Position numbers and translations under genes: made by a program
Virus record (IMG/VR): IMGVR_UViG_2974628062_000001
Span: 1 to 44,793 of that record
Strand: one strand, 5' to 3'
Source of the DNA: a virus
Taxonomy: Duplodnaviria; Heunggongvirae; Uroviricota; Caudoviricetes
Length of the DNA stretch: 44,793 nucleotides
In this document: in pieces, positions 33,282 through 42,932 of the stretch
Numbering within the stretch: position 1 is the first letter of the stretch
Layout: each line of letters starts with the position of its first letter
Notes under the pieces: model-generated
What the model was told of the DNA's origin: nothing
The model's input: the letters and a program-made list of their open reading frames with translations, nothing else
Databases searched by the model: none

Positions 33282-34171
33282 AGGGTGTATACAGATTTTA
33301 TCAGGGTGGCGAACTAATCGCTGAGCACGAAAACCTCTTGACCACTGAAGGTAAGAGGCTTATTTTGCGTTACCTTGCCGGACAGTCCCCCAGCTTGGGA
33401 GCGGCAATTGGTCTTGGCGTATCCGCAACAGCAGCAACAGTAAACGATACCTCTCTAGGATTTGAGATTGAGAGAGTTTCTGTCGCTTTGAAGAGTGCAG
33501 ATTACACAAACAATCTAGTACTATTCAAGGGCACTGTTGACCAGGACACCACATTCAATATTTATGAGGCGGGTCTGTGGAGTTCATCTTCCAACGCTTT
33601 GAGCGGTGAATTCGATTCACGACTTCTCACCACATTTGACCTTAGCCTAGAAGAGTGGACAAACGTTACAGCCGATACGACAGCAAACAGGACCAGTGAA
33701 GATGCGGCTAGAATTGATGCTGCCATTTCAGCAACCACTCAGGCGCGTCTTGATGTGGAAATGGATTTGTCTGGCTATTCAGTCAACGACACATTCCTTC
33801 TGGCATTCAGCAAGCCTAACAATAATATCACCACAATCAAGCTTGTATTTGAGGACCCAATTTCTGGCGGGTCCCTCTCACTGTCTAAGACAGTCTCAGC
33901 ACTTCCAACAGGGTACAACATCCTTGCCTTCAAGAAGGGCGACTTCGTTGCATCTGGAACAATTAGCTGGGACAACATTACCCGAATGGGATTTGACGTA
34001 ACCGCTGGAGGAACAGCAGGCTATGTAATTTTGGACGGGTTGCGTGTAGAGGACGTTGATACTCCTAATCAGGATTATATCCTCGTATCTCATGCAATTC
34101 TATCTAGTCCAATTAACAAGACAAACGTTGCTCCAATGGATGTAGAGTATGCATTGGAGTTTAGTGTATGA
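33278..34171 (+). CDS. Minor tail protein, 297 aa
   Basis: NLLTTEGKRLILRYLAG...IGLGVSATAATVNDTSLGFEI, typical of tail-fibre attachment proteins; synteny. Confidence 0.75.
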   Translation: MKGVYRFYQGGELIAEHENLLTTEGKRLILRYLAGQSPSLGAAIGLGVSATAATVNDTSLGFEIERVSVALKSADYTNNLVLFKGTVDQDTTFNIYEAGLWSSSSNALSGEFDSRLLTTFDLSLEEWTNVTADTTANRTSEDAARIDAAISATTQARLDVEMDLSGYSVNDTFLLAFSKPNNNITTIKLVFEDPISGGSLSLSKTVSALPTGYNILAFKKGDFVASGTISWDNITRMGFDVTAGGTAGYVILDGLRVEDVDTPNQDYILVSHAILSSPINKTNVAPMDVEYALEFSV

Positions 34172-37100
34172 GTAGAATCCTTCTAAGAGACCTAGAGCCA
34201 GGAAGACTATATCACATTCAGGCAAGAGCAACGAATGGTGAGCAGTCTTCTCAGTGGTCACAGCTTTGGGACCTTCAGACAACCAGTGACATTTTGCCAC
34301 CAGCCGCACCTACGGGCCTTTCTTGGGTCGTTGAAGGTACGGCATTCAAGGCTGTCTGGACAGGTCCAACCCTAAATCAGGATGGCTCTGACCTTCGGGA
34401 CTTCAAGGATTTCCAGGTCAAGATTTATTCTCCAGCAGCTCCCGGAACAATTGTCACGTACTACACGACTTCTGCACGATTTGATTTGCCATTTGAGAAC
34501 AACGTGAACTCTTTTGGTGTTCCTCGTGCCCAGGTGACAATTGAGGTCAGGGCTAGAGACAATACCGGAAATCTCTCAACGGCTGCAACCGCTACTGCGA
34601 CAAACCCACCACCAGCAAATGTTTCTGGATTCACAGCAACAGGAATTACAGATGCTATTGCTATTAAGTGGAATGCCAATGCAGATACCGACCTTAAGCA
34701 TTACAAGGTTTGGCAGGGAACTGCGGCGGGGTCTGAGAATACACTCGTATACACAGGTCTAGCTACCTCATTCGTATACGATACCCTGTCAATTTCACCT
34801 CAGTACTTCAAGATTGTAGCAGTTGACGTATTCAATTCAGAGTCAGCAACAGCGGCAACAGCCAGCGCAACTGCTAAGTCTTCCCTAGCCGTAGATGGAA
34901 CACCTCCTGCCGCTCCAACTGGAGTAACTGTCACATCATCACTTGACACATCTGACCCTTCTGGAGGAAGGGCTTACATTGACGTGTCTTGGACAGGTGT
35001 AGCAGATACAGACCTACAGAATTACAGCGTTCGATACAGCACTGGAACCACCTGGGAATACATTGATGTTCCTGAGGGAGTTACCACTGCACGAATTAAT
35101 GGCTTGCGACCAAACACTAATTACAATGTGGCAGTCGCAGCAGTTGACTATTCTGGTAATTCAAGCTCTTATGTGAATGCTGGAACCTATCCTATTCTGA
35201 CAGCCAAGGACACAACAGCCCCAGCAGCGCCAACCGGAGTAACAGTTGGCGCGGGTGTGACAACCGTGACTGTTGCTTGGACAGAAAACACAGAAAACGA
35301 CGTAAAGAACGGTGTCGGTACTTATGAAGTACAGCTAGACACTGTTAACACATTCAACTCTGGTAATCTCGTGACCAAGCAGAATTCAGGTACGATTGTA
35401 GCATTCACCAATCTGACATCTAACACGACCTACTATGCAAGGGTTCGTGCAATTGATGCTACTGGAAACGCCGGGTCTTATTCATCAATTGTTTCTGGTA
35501 CTCCACGATATGTAGCCAATGCTGATATTCAGGCGGGTACCATCAATGGTGACAAGATTACTGCCGCAACGCTTTCTGGTGACCGTGTAATCGCCAACAG
35601 CCTTGATGCGAATACCATCAAGGCCAATACGACGTTCTCTCAGAACCTCAACGTTGGAAGTACCTTCACCATGGCTGCCAGTGGAATTATGAAGAGCAGC
35701 AATTATGTTGCGGGTTCTGCGGGATGGCAGCTAACAAATACTACTCTTGAAATTAATCAGGGTACCATCAAGGCAGCGGCCCTTCAGCTTCAGAACGGTC
35801 ATAACATGCTTCACCCAGCCTATGCAGACTGGGAATTTGTGAAGTCATGGTACACAACGAACCTTATCACCTTCAATGATGGTGGTGTTTCAACGTGGGC
35901 TATTTCAGATGCTACAGATGTTGTCGGAAAGTATAACACCCAGTGCATCAAGACTTCTTGGACTGGTGTTGGAACGTTCTCAAGGACTTACATGGGACCA
36001 ACATTCACCAGTTACAATGTCCAGCTTGAAGCAAATACGGATTACATCTTCTCTGGTTGGGTTTATGTAAAGACTGGAGCGGGTGCGAAAACAGCAGCTC
36101 TAGGAATTAAGCTAGCTGACGCATCATTCCCAGGTCCAGTAGCAAATACTTCAATTCCAGCTACCTCAACATGGACTCGTATTTGGGGTACATTCAATTC
36201 GGGTACGCAGACAAGTGCAGAGCTTTACCTTTCCCAGTACACATCTGGAGATATGTACTGGGACGGTCTACAGCTTGAAAAGAAGGTTACTGCTGACACA
36301 GTTCCATCTCAGTGGAAGCCACCAGGTTCTACATCTATCGATGGTGGAATTATCCGAACCGGTGAAATTCGCTCAACAGCTTCAGCAAGCGGTCTTTCAG
36401 GGCAGCCAGCATGGTCAATTAACATGGCTGGTAATGCCCAGCTTGGTGATGCCAACATTCGCGGTCGTCTTGTTGTCGGAGATTTGAGCAATCCATCAGC
36501 AGATGGTGTGAACTCAAAGATTCAGTCAGCGAATTACGCTGCTGGAACTACCGGATGGGTCATTCGTAATGACGGTTATGCAGAATTCCGTCAGCTAGCT
36601 GTTAACTCAATCAAGGTTACTGCATTTGACTCACCATTCCAGAATACTGCGAATGCGAAGCTATTTGATTACATGCAGGATGCTAATCTATGGCTTCAGA
36701 GTGGTTCTGTTCAGCAGAAGACTGACCCTGGTGCTTACTCCGCTGAATCCCTATTCGAATTTACCGGGCCGGGATTGGTATTGAGAAATGGTACTGGTGT
36801 TAAGCCTATCGCTTATGACCCAACCATTCTCTACCGTATTTCAGCTCGTGTGCGTGCCTTTACAGTTTCTACCCTGAACAGCAATGGTACATTTGAGGGC
36901 AACAATACAACCGGATGGACTGTTGATGCAACAAACGGTGCAACCATTGCGGCAAGCAACACCTATGCAAGCACGGGAACATACTCAATGAGAATGACTT
37001 CTGGTGCCTCAACTGGTGCTTCGTATCGCGCATGGACAAACGTCCTTGTAAAGCCTGGTTACAACTACACCATTAACGCCAAGGTAAAGGCGATGCTACA

Positions 37101-40100
37101 GGCGGCATACTACAACGCCACAAACTACGGGAACATCGAGCTAAGAGTCACGTGGTTTGGAACCGGCGGGTATCTTGATGAGAGCATTCAGCTTATCACT
37201 CCACCAGTAGATGCTAATGGTGTTATCCTTACCGCACCAACAGATTGGTTCTCAATTGGCGCTACATTCACTGCACCTGCAAATGCAACGAACGCAAACT
37301 TCATCATCCGCCTTGCGAGATATGACAATGTTACTGCGGGAACTGTAATCGGATACATTGATGATGTAGCTGTTACCACACCACCAAGAATTAAGCTTGG
37401 TCTATTTGGTATGGATAATGGCAATAACTTCATTGATTATGACTTTATTGATGATGCAACAACACCAACAAAGAAGCATCCAATGCCTTCGGATTACAGC
37501 ACTATGGCAGCGTACTCTTCAAGTCAGTACATGCTTGTGGCTGACAATGTTGAAGTTCCAATTGCCACAGGTGGGTCAAGTACAACTTCCGACTGGATTA
37601 CTCTTACGGGATATATGAAGGGTCGTGGTGGTTCTGGAGCAACTGGTAAGTTCGGTAAGGCGGGAATGTTCCTTGATGAGTATAACCCTTCATCATTCAA
37701 CCAGGAAGTTCGATTCATGGTTCCTTATGTTGAATTCGATACCGCACCAGGTTCTATTGCTCAGCTTGACCAGTTCTCTATTGAATCATATGAGTCTGGA
37801 GCTGTAGCCAAGGTAGATACCACTGGTAATAGTGAGAGCATGAAGTCTGTATCCATCGAAAACATTCAGGATGGTACAGAGTTTGACCACGCTCTTAGAT
37901 TCTACACTGGTGAGGTTGACGAAAAGAAGCCGGGTCTGATTGGTCATATCACAGATGGTGAAACCAATGACGCTGCTCACCTCAGAATTGTACCACCACT
38001 TCTTAACAGTTTGAGTGGGTACAATGAGGGACCTTACATTGGAATCTGGGACCAGAATCCAAACTATCTGTACGATGCATCATTCCAGACTGGAATTTCC
38101 GGATGGACTGGAATGGCTAACACGACACTTTCTTGGAATGAGACTGTTGGTCGTGAAGATAGTTCATGTCTTCAAATTCAGGCAATCGGAACAATCTCTA
38201 ATCCAGCAACTACAGAGCTTTTGGGTAAGTACCAGGTTTCTGTTCTTGGTAATCAGGAATTGGTCGGACAGAAGGTAACTGTCTCTGGTTATGCAATGAT
38301 GGGAACTGCTACAGGAAGAAATGTTCGTCTCGTAGTTAAGTTCCTTGATGAAGCAGGCGCAATGCTGAATGGATACTTTATTGAAAAGGCTGTCACTAAC
38401 AGCGACTGGACGTATTACGCTTTTGTAACTCCGATTGTTGTCCCTGATACATGCTACACAATTGAGTTCTCATTCAGTTGGTTTAATGGTGCTACTGGAG
38501 ATATTGTTTATGTAGAAGATGTCCAGCTTGAGGCAAATGATAAGAAGACCGACTTCCGTTCGGGTTCTGCAAGCAAGATTGAACTGAATGCAGAAACAAT
38601 TAGAAGTCGTGGCTCTATCATCATTGCTGAGAATGATTTCCAGCTTCCATCACCAATTATTGGTGGAACTGGAAAGCCAGATTCTCCAGGCTATAAGAGT
38701 ATTATTGCCCAGGGAGAATCTGGTACTGGTGCTATGCGTCTAGTAAACTACACAGACACGAATGGAACAAGAGTCTCTTGGACATCAACGTTCTTTGGCA
38801 GTGATGGAACAGAAGAGTCTGGTCTGGTAATTTATGGTATGGCGGACGGTTCATTCCCAGGAAGAATGGCCATGAGAAGTCCAAATGGAAGCTGGGCTCT
38901 TTCTACTCAGCCTGCGACCGATGGAAGCTATCCATACGATGTTCATATTCATGGCTCTCTAATTGTCGATGGTCAGCTTCAGTGGGTTCCATTGACCTCA
39001 AGTGCTGTGACTCCGTTTGACTCCGGACGTGCTCTTGGTGTTGCCAAGATTAACAATATGCTGGTATTCCGTGGAGCAGGTTCTTGGTCTGGAACAGCGG
39101 GTGCTTCTGGAACGGTAATCTTTACTCTTCCAGTAGGATACCGACCTTCAAGCCCTCAGTATATGTGTGCTCTTATGTGGAACGGTAACTCGTGGTCATC
39201 TGGTGTGGCTTTCCACGTAAAGACTAGTGGTGAATGTATTCTATGGTCTCCTCCTGAGGGCGCTGGTCTTGGTACCTCACTTTCGATTGAGGGATTGCAG
39301 ATGAATCTATCAGCTATGCCTACAACATCAACTCCAGGTACAGATACAACAGCCCCATCAGCACCTACCGGATTCAGCATTTCTGCTGTATCATCCGGAA
39401 CATCAACAGGGTCTTACAAGCTTGCTTGGACAAATCCTAGCGCTTCTGATACTGCTGGTGTTAAGGTCATTTGGAGGTCTGACCGTTATCCGACCGTAAC
39501 AATTGCGGGTTCTGGTACAAAGACCTTGACAACCGATGGTACTGTGATTACGGTTACTGGCTCAGCTTCACAGGCAAAGACCTACACGCACTCAGGTCTT
39601 CCAGTGAACAAGACAATTTACTACCGCGTGGTTTCTTACGACAAGTCTGGTAACCACTCAACATATGTGAGCGCTTCTAGATACCTTCTGGCAAGCCCTA
39701 TCACCATCTCACCATCTAGCTCTGGTTCGTACCGTCTAGGTTACGGAGGTATGTGGCGAAACGATGGTGATGAAGTTTACCAGGGTGACTGGACTGGAAA
39801 CGACAACCATCGAGGATTGTATTTCTATGGCTCTAATATCTATAGCAAGTTGGCAACTGGTGGTGTTGTTCGTACTCCAACCAAGATGACTATTTACCTA
39901 AAGAGACTAAGCACCTCTCATGGTAATAACGCCGGGGTCGGAATCAATCTTCGTGGTCACAAGTATCAGACAAAGCCTTCTGGAGACCCAGTTGGTTCTA
40001 TGACAAATGAGGGAAGCGCTGGAGATAACATTGTTTACCTAAGTCGCGGTGAGGCAGCTACGGTAACGGTTCCATCTTCATGGTACAATAACTTTGTAGT

Positions 40101-40233
40101 CGCAGACCCGAACAACACAGACCGACTAGAAGGTATCGGTGTTTATGGTAGCTCAACCTCAGACTATGCGGTACTCTACGGTAAGTCCAGTGGTTCAAGT
40201 TACGGAAAGCTAACCATCTACCACAAGGGTTGA
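34168..40233 (+). CDS. Giant tail fibre / receptor-binding protein with multiple Fn3 and carbohydrate-binding-like domains, 2021 aa
   Basis: Repeated TPPAAPTGV/L Fn3 starts; three CBM-like blocks (HPAYADWEF, NGTFEGNNTTGW, DASFQTGISGW); two SxNYxAGxxGW repeats. Confidence 0.88.
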   Translation: MSRILLRDLEPGRLYHIQARATNGEQSSQWSQLWDLQTTSDILPPAAPTGLSWVVEGTAFKAVWTGPTLNQDGSDLRDFKDFQVKIYSPAAPGTIVTYYTTSARFDLPFENNVNSFGVPRAQVTIEVRARDNTGNLSTAATATATNPPPANVSGFTATGITDAIAIKWNANADTDLKHYKVWQGTAAGSENTLVYTGLATSFVYDTLSISPQYFKIVAVDVFNSESATAATASATAKSSLAVDGTPPAAPTGVTVTSSLDTSDPSGGRAYIDVSWTGVADTDLQNYSVRYSTGTTWEYIDVPEGVTTARINGLRPNTNYNVAVAAVDYSGNSSSYVNAGTYPILTAKDTTAPAAPTGVTVGAGVTTVTVAWTENTENDVKNGVGTYEVQLDTVNTFNSGNLVTKQNSGTIVAFTNLTSNTTYYARVRAIDATGNAGSYSSIVSGTPRYVANADIQAGTINGDKITAATLSGDRVIANSLDANTIKANTTFSQNLNVGSTFTMAASGIMKSSNYVAGSAGWQLTNTTLEINQGTIKAAALQLQNGHNMLHPAYADWEFVKSWYTTNLITFNDGGVSTWAISDATDVVGKYNTQCIKTSWTGVGTFSRTYMGPTFTSYNVQLEANTDYIFSGWVYVKTGAGAKTAALGIKLADASFPGPVANTSIPATSTWTRIWGTFNSGTQTSAELYLSQYTSGDMYWDGLQLEKKVTADTVPSQWKPPGSTSIDGGIIRTGEIRSTASASGLSGQPAWSINMAGNAQLGDANIRGRLVVGDLSNPSADGVNSKIQSANYAAGTTGWVIRNDGYAEFRQLAVNSIKVTAFDSPFQNTANAKLFDYMQDANLWLQSGSVQQKTDPGAYSAESLFEFTGPGLVLRNGTGVKPIAYDPTILYRISARVRAFTVSTLNSNGTFEGNNTTGWTVDATNGATIAASNTYASTGTYSMRMTSGASTGASYRAWTNVLVKPGYNYTINAKVKAMLQAAYYNATNYGNIELRVTWFGTGGYLDESIQLITPPVDANGVILTAPTDWFSIGATFTAPANATNANFIIRLARYDNVTAGTVIGYIDDVAVTTPPRIKLGLFGMDNGNNFIDYDFIDDATTPTKKHPMPSDYSTMAAYSSSQYMLVADNVEVPIATGGSSTTSDWITLTGYMKGRGGSGATGKFGKAGMFLDEYNPSSFNQEVRFMVPYVEFDTAPGSIAQLDQFSIESYESGAVAKVDTTGNSESMKSVSIENIQDGTEFDHALRFYTGEVDEKKPGLIGHITDGETNDAAHLRIVPPLLNSLSGYNEGPYIGIWDQNPNYLYDASFQTGISGWTGMANTTLSWNETVGREDSSCLQIQAIGTISNPATTELLGKYQVSVLGNQELVGQKVTVSGYAMMGTATGRNVRLVVKFLDEAGAMLNGYFIEKAVTNSDWTYYAFVTPIVVPDTCYTIEFSFSWFNGATGDIVYVEDVQLEANDKKTDFRSGSASKIELNAETIRSRGSIIIAENDFQLPSPIIGGTGKPDSPGYKSIIAQGESGTGAMRLVNYTDTNGTRVSWTSTFFGSDGTEESGLVIYGMADGSFPGRMAMRSPNGSWALSTQPATDGSYPYDVHIHGSLIVDGQLQWVPLTSSAVTPFDSGRALGVAKINNMLVFRGAGSWSGTAGASGTVIFTLPVGYRPSSPQYMCALMWNGNSWSSGVAFHVKTSGECILWSPPEGAGLGTSLSIEGLQMNLSAMPTTSTPGTDTTAPSAPTGFSISAVSSGTSTGSYKLAWTNPSASDTAGVKVIWRSDRYPTVTIAGSGTKTLTTDGTVITVTGSASQAKTYTHSGLPVNKTIYYRVVSYDKSGNHSTYVSASRYLLASPITISPSSSGSYRLGYGGMWRNDGDEVYQGDWTGNDNHRGLYFYGSNIYSKLATGGVVRTPTKMTIYLKRLSTSHGNNAGVGINLRGHKYQTKPSGDPVGSMTNEGSAGDNIVYLSRGEAATVTVPSSWYNNFVVADPNNTDRLEGIGVYGSSTSDYAVLYGKSSGSSYGKLTIYHKG

Positions 40234-40260
40234 CAAGACCGGGTGTCTTGTGTTTATAAT
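40230..40260 (+). promoter_or_regulatory. Consensus -35/-10 with a 19-nt spacer containing an inverted repeat
   Basis: TTGACA-N19-TATAAT; ACAAGAC-CGGGT-GTCTTGT at 40233-40251. Confidence 0.5.
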
Positions 40261-40287
40261 ATTCAAAGAGAGAAAAGAGTAAAAGAA

Positions 40288-40521
40288 TTGAATCAAGTTA
40301 AGAAGTTGGAACTAACTATTCAGGCTCTTAAGCAGAGTCTAGGAAGTAAGGTAGCTAATGCTGAAGAGGAAATTGCCAGCATTAGAGCCGAAGCGTCTCT
40401 CCTGCTTGAAGAGCAGGCTGAGCAAATTGCCAAGAAGGAAGAGCGAATCTCCGAACTTGAGAATGAGCTTAAGCAGCTTAAGGGAGAGGACGATGTGGCC
40501 GTTCCGTCAGAAGACGCCTGA
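40288..40521 (+). CDS. Small coiled-coil protein, 77 aa (possible fibre chaperone)
   Basis: TTG 40288 preferred; heptad pattern. Confidence 0.7.
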   Translation: MNQVKKLELTIQALKQSLGSKVANAEEEIASIRAEASLLLEEQAEQIAKKEERISELENELKQLKGEDDVAVPSEDA

Positions 40522-40900
40522 CCTGCCACCTATTCCTCAAACTCGTACGGATTACCCATATGGCCTCTTTGTTTGCACTGAGGCCGGGTTTTTCTTTATC
40601 AGAGAAAAGGGTAGGTATCGAATCCCAACTGTCAGAGTGATGGCTAGTTGGTCTGCGCCTAGTGTATCATCTAGTGAAGCAGCCGTTAAGCATCTGCCCA
40701 TCCTTGGCAAGATTGGTTTCAGAGACGGTACCATTATCCAGGACTTCTCCAATCAGAAGACATACCTTATCTCTAGAAATAAGAGAAGGCAAATTGTTTC
40801 TCCTGATGTGTTTGATAAGTTCCTCTTGAATAAGGAATTGATTGTCGTAGTTTCCCATGAGGAAGCAAATCTACACGAGGATGGGGAGGTGTTGAGTTAA
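40493..40900 (+). CDS. Hypothetical protein of two tandem ~55-aa repeats, 135 aa
   Basis: ATG 40493 with GGAGAGGA SD; repeats FFIREKGRYRI... and YLISRNKRRQI... Confidence 0.75.
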   Translation: MWPFRQKTPDLPPIPQTRTDYPYGLFVCTEAGFFFIREKGRYRIPTVRVMASWSAPSVSSSEAAVKHLPILGKIGFRDGTIIQDFSNQKTYLISRNKRRQIVSPDVFDKFLLNKELIVVVSHEEANLHEDGEVLS

Positions 40901-41340
40901 TGGCTGTATCATCATTTAAGGATGTCAACTGGGGTGCCAATGAGTACCTAGCAACTGACAAGTTGAATACCATGGTTTCCAATACCAGATACCTATTTGA
41001 GAGAGCACCGAAGTTGTATTACAACTCGTATTCAATCAAGAAGGATACTGGAATTAAGATTGCTTGTGGTACCGCGACAATTGCACCAAGTAAGGCTCAC
41101 TATTACAAGAAGACAATCAATTTTGGTTCATTCTTCACTGTAGGGTCTAAGCCTGTAATTGTCACAAGTGTTACTTCTCCATATAACCGTAGAATTATCC
41201 TTTCTCATTATGGAATTCAGGGAGAGGGATATGTTCCTGACCACCGAGGTTTCATCGTGGTTGGAGCTACTGCAACTCTAGAGAAGTCTCACTATCTATC
41301 AAAGCAGATTTACATTAATTGGATTGCAATGGGTTACTAA
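40900..41340 (+). CDS. Small tail-fibre-like protein, 146 aa
   Basis: VNWGANEYLATDKLN N-terminus and IACGT...INFGSFF...INWIAMGY C-terminus, typical of tail-fibre tip domains. Confidence 0.65.
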   Translation: MAVSSFKDVNWGANEYLATDKLNTMVSNTRYLFERAPKLYYNSYSIKKDTGIKIACGTATIAPSKAHYYKKTINFGSFFTVGSKPVIVTSVTSPYNRRIILSHYGIQGEGYVPDHRGFIVVGATATLEKSHYLSKQIYINWIAMGY

Positions 41341-41360
41341 ACTTGGAAGGACGTGTGTCT

Positions 41361-41642
41361 ATGAGGTATACTCCACTACAGAGGTGGCATAGACGCGACC
41401 GGAGGCGTAATACGAACGGATACGTTCTTGTTTGGGTTCCGGAACATCCAAAAAGCTTTTCCGGCGGGTGGTACTATGAACATAGGCTCGCAGCCGAGAA
41501 GCTGGTGGGTCGGATTTTGAAATCTTGGGAGACTGTCCACCATATCTCTGGTGACAAGACAGACAATTCGTGGGAGAATCTGTTCATCTGTACCCGGAAG
41601 GAACACGACCGAGCAGACAGGTTGACACCGCAGCTTGTGTAA
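41361..41642 (+). CDS. HNH endonuclease (HNH_3 type), 93 aa
   Basis: YEHRLAAE...VHHISGDKTDNSWENL...H. Confidence 0.85.
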   Translation: MRYTPLQRWHRRDRRRNTNGYVLVWVPEHPKSFSGGWYYEHRLAAEKLVGRILKSWETVHHISGDKTDNSWENLFICTRKEHDRADRLTPQLV

Positions 41643-41706
41643 GATAGACTGATGTGACTGAAGAGGACTGGGAGACCGGTCCTCTTTGGCATTGAGAGGA
41701 GAAAAT

Positions 41707-42522
41707 ATGAAATGGGCATTCGTAGGAGACCTACAAATTCCTTATCACGATAAGCGTGCAGTTGCGCTTTTCCTAAAGGTGATGAAGTCATGGAAGCCAG
41801 ATGCTCTAGACTTCCTTGGTGACATCGATGACCAGCTAGAGTATAGCAGCTTTTCCGATGGAACTACAGATGAGTTCTTTAGTCAGCTAAAGAAGAATAA
41901 GCAAGAGGAAGGCGAGTCGGACGAAGATTTTCGTCGTAGGCTTTCCCCGCTTCCCTTCGTAAAGGAAAATGCGGCGGGTGCTAAGGAATTCTATACCGAT
42001 GTTCGCAACGTCTTGCAGAAGGCAGACATTCATGCTAGCCTAGGCAATCATGATATCCGCATCTTCAAGTACATGGACAAGAAGGCTCCAGACTATGTGC
42101 AGGAGCTAACGCCTAATATGCTCTGGGGTCTCGATGACCTAGGTATTACATGGAGGCACTACGATTTGCCTCCGCTACATAGATTCGGCGGGATTCATGT
42201 TCATCACGGAGCAACCACTACAACTACAGGTCTAGCCGTAAAGGCAGACATCGACAACTACAACATCTCTCTTGCGAGAGGGCATGACCATCGTGGTGGT
42301 GTAGTATATAAGACATACCCCATGACAGGGACTACACTGGTGGGTCTTGGTGCTGGTCACCTCTGTGACCCAAGTGCATATGGTCTCAGATATACTATCA
42401 ATCCTTCGTGGGAACTCGGATTTGGAATTGGCCATGTAATTGATAATGTCGCTACACTCCAGTTCATTCCAATTTCACGAGATTACGTCTGCGTGGTTGA
42501 CGGCAAGGTTTTCAAGGGATAA
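41707..42522 (+). CDS. Calcineurin-like metallophosphoesterase
   Basis: GDLQ, GDIDD, LGNHD, HHG, GHDH motifs; GAGGAG SD before ATG 41707. Confidence 0.88.
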   Translation: MKWAFVGDLQIPYHDKRAVALFLKVMKSWKPDALDFLGDIDDQLEYSSFSDGTTDEFFSQLKKNKQEEGESDEDFRRRLSPLPFVKENAAGAKEFYTDVRNVLQKADIHASLGNHDIRIFKYMDKKAPDYVQELTPNMLWGLDDLGITWRHYDLPPLHRFGGIHVHHGATTTTTGLAVKADIDNYNISLARGHDHRGGVVYKTYPMTGTTLVGLGAGHLCDPSAYGLRYTINPSWELGFGIGHVIDNVATLQFIPISRDYVCVVDGKVFKG

Positions 42523-42552
42523 TTGCACTTTGAACCATGCCTCTGCTATAAT
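42523..42552 (+). promoter_or_regulatory. Holin / replication-module promoter
   Basis: TTGCAC-N18-TATAAT with TGC extension. Confidence 0.7.
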
Positions 42553-42587
42553 GGTGCTAGATGACAAGTAAAGGAGGTATAACCTAT

Positions 42588-42932
42588 ATGGCTTATGCCA
42601 AGTCTCTACTAGCAGTTCTAGTCACCGCCATTACAGCAATTGTCGCAGCTATGACTGACGGAGTTGTTTCTGATGTCGAGTGGATTAATGTTGGAATTGC
42701 CGCTGCTGGTGCCGCTGCTGTATTTGCAGCACCAAACGTTCCTGGTTCTCGCTACACGAAGGCCGTTCTTGCTGTAATCACAGCAATCCTTACATTCTTC
42801 GTTACCGCAGTTACGGATGGTGTTTCAACAGCCGAGTGGCTTCAGGTGCTCGTTATTGCAGCCGGTGCCGTTGGTGTCTACGCTGTTCCTAACAAGCCAA
42901 CGACTACGATTGGACAGCCGGGTGTACTGTAA
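42588..42932 (+). CDS. Holin (4 TM, internal tandem duplication); alternative upstream in-frame ATG at 42561
   Basis: Two repeats YxK..LAV...A.TDGV...EW..V..AAAGA..V.A.PN; AAGGAGG SD. Confidence 0.75.
   Translation: MAYAKSLLAVLVTAITAIVAAMTDGVVSDVEWINVGIAAAGAAAVFAAPNVPGSRYTKAVLAVITAILTFFVTAVTDGVSTAEWLQVLVIAAGAVGVYAVPNKPTTTIGQPGVL

Noticed and set aside
40358-40492. Upstream starts given by the ORF track for 40358, 40243, 41319, 41686, 42817, 13208, 10266, 11447
   Set aside because: They overlap upstream genes or promoters; downstream starts have proper SD or leaderless geometry
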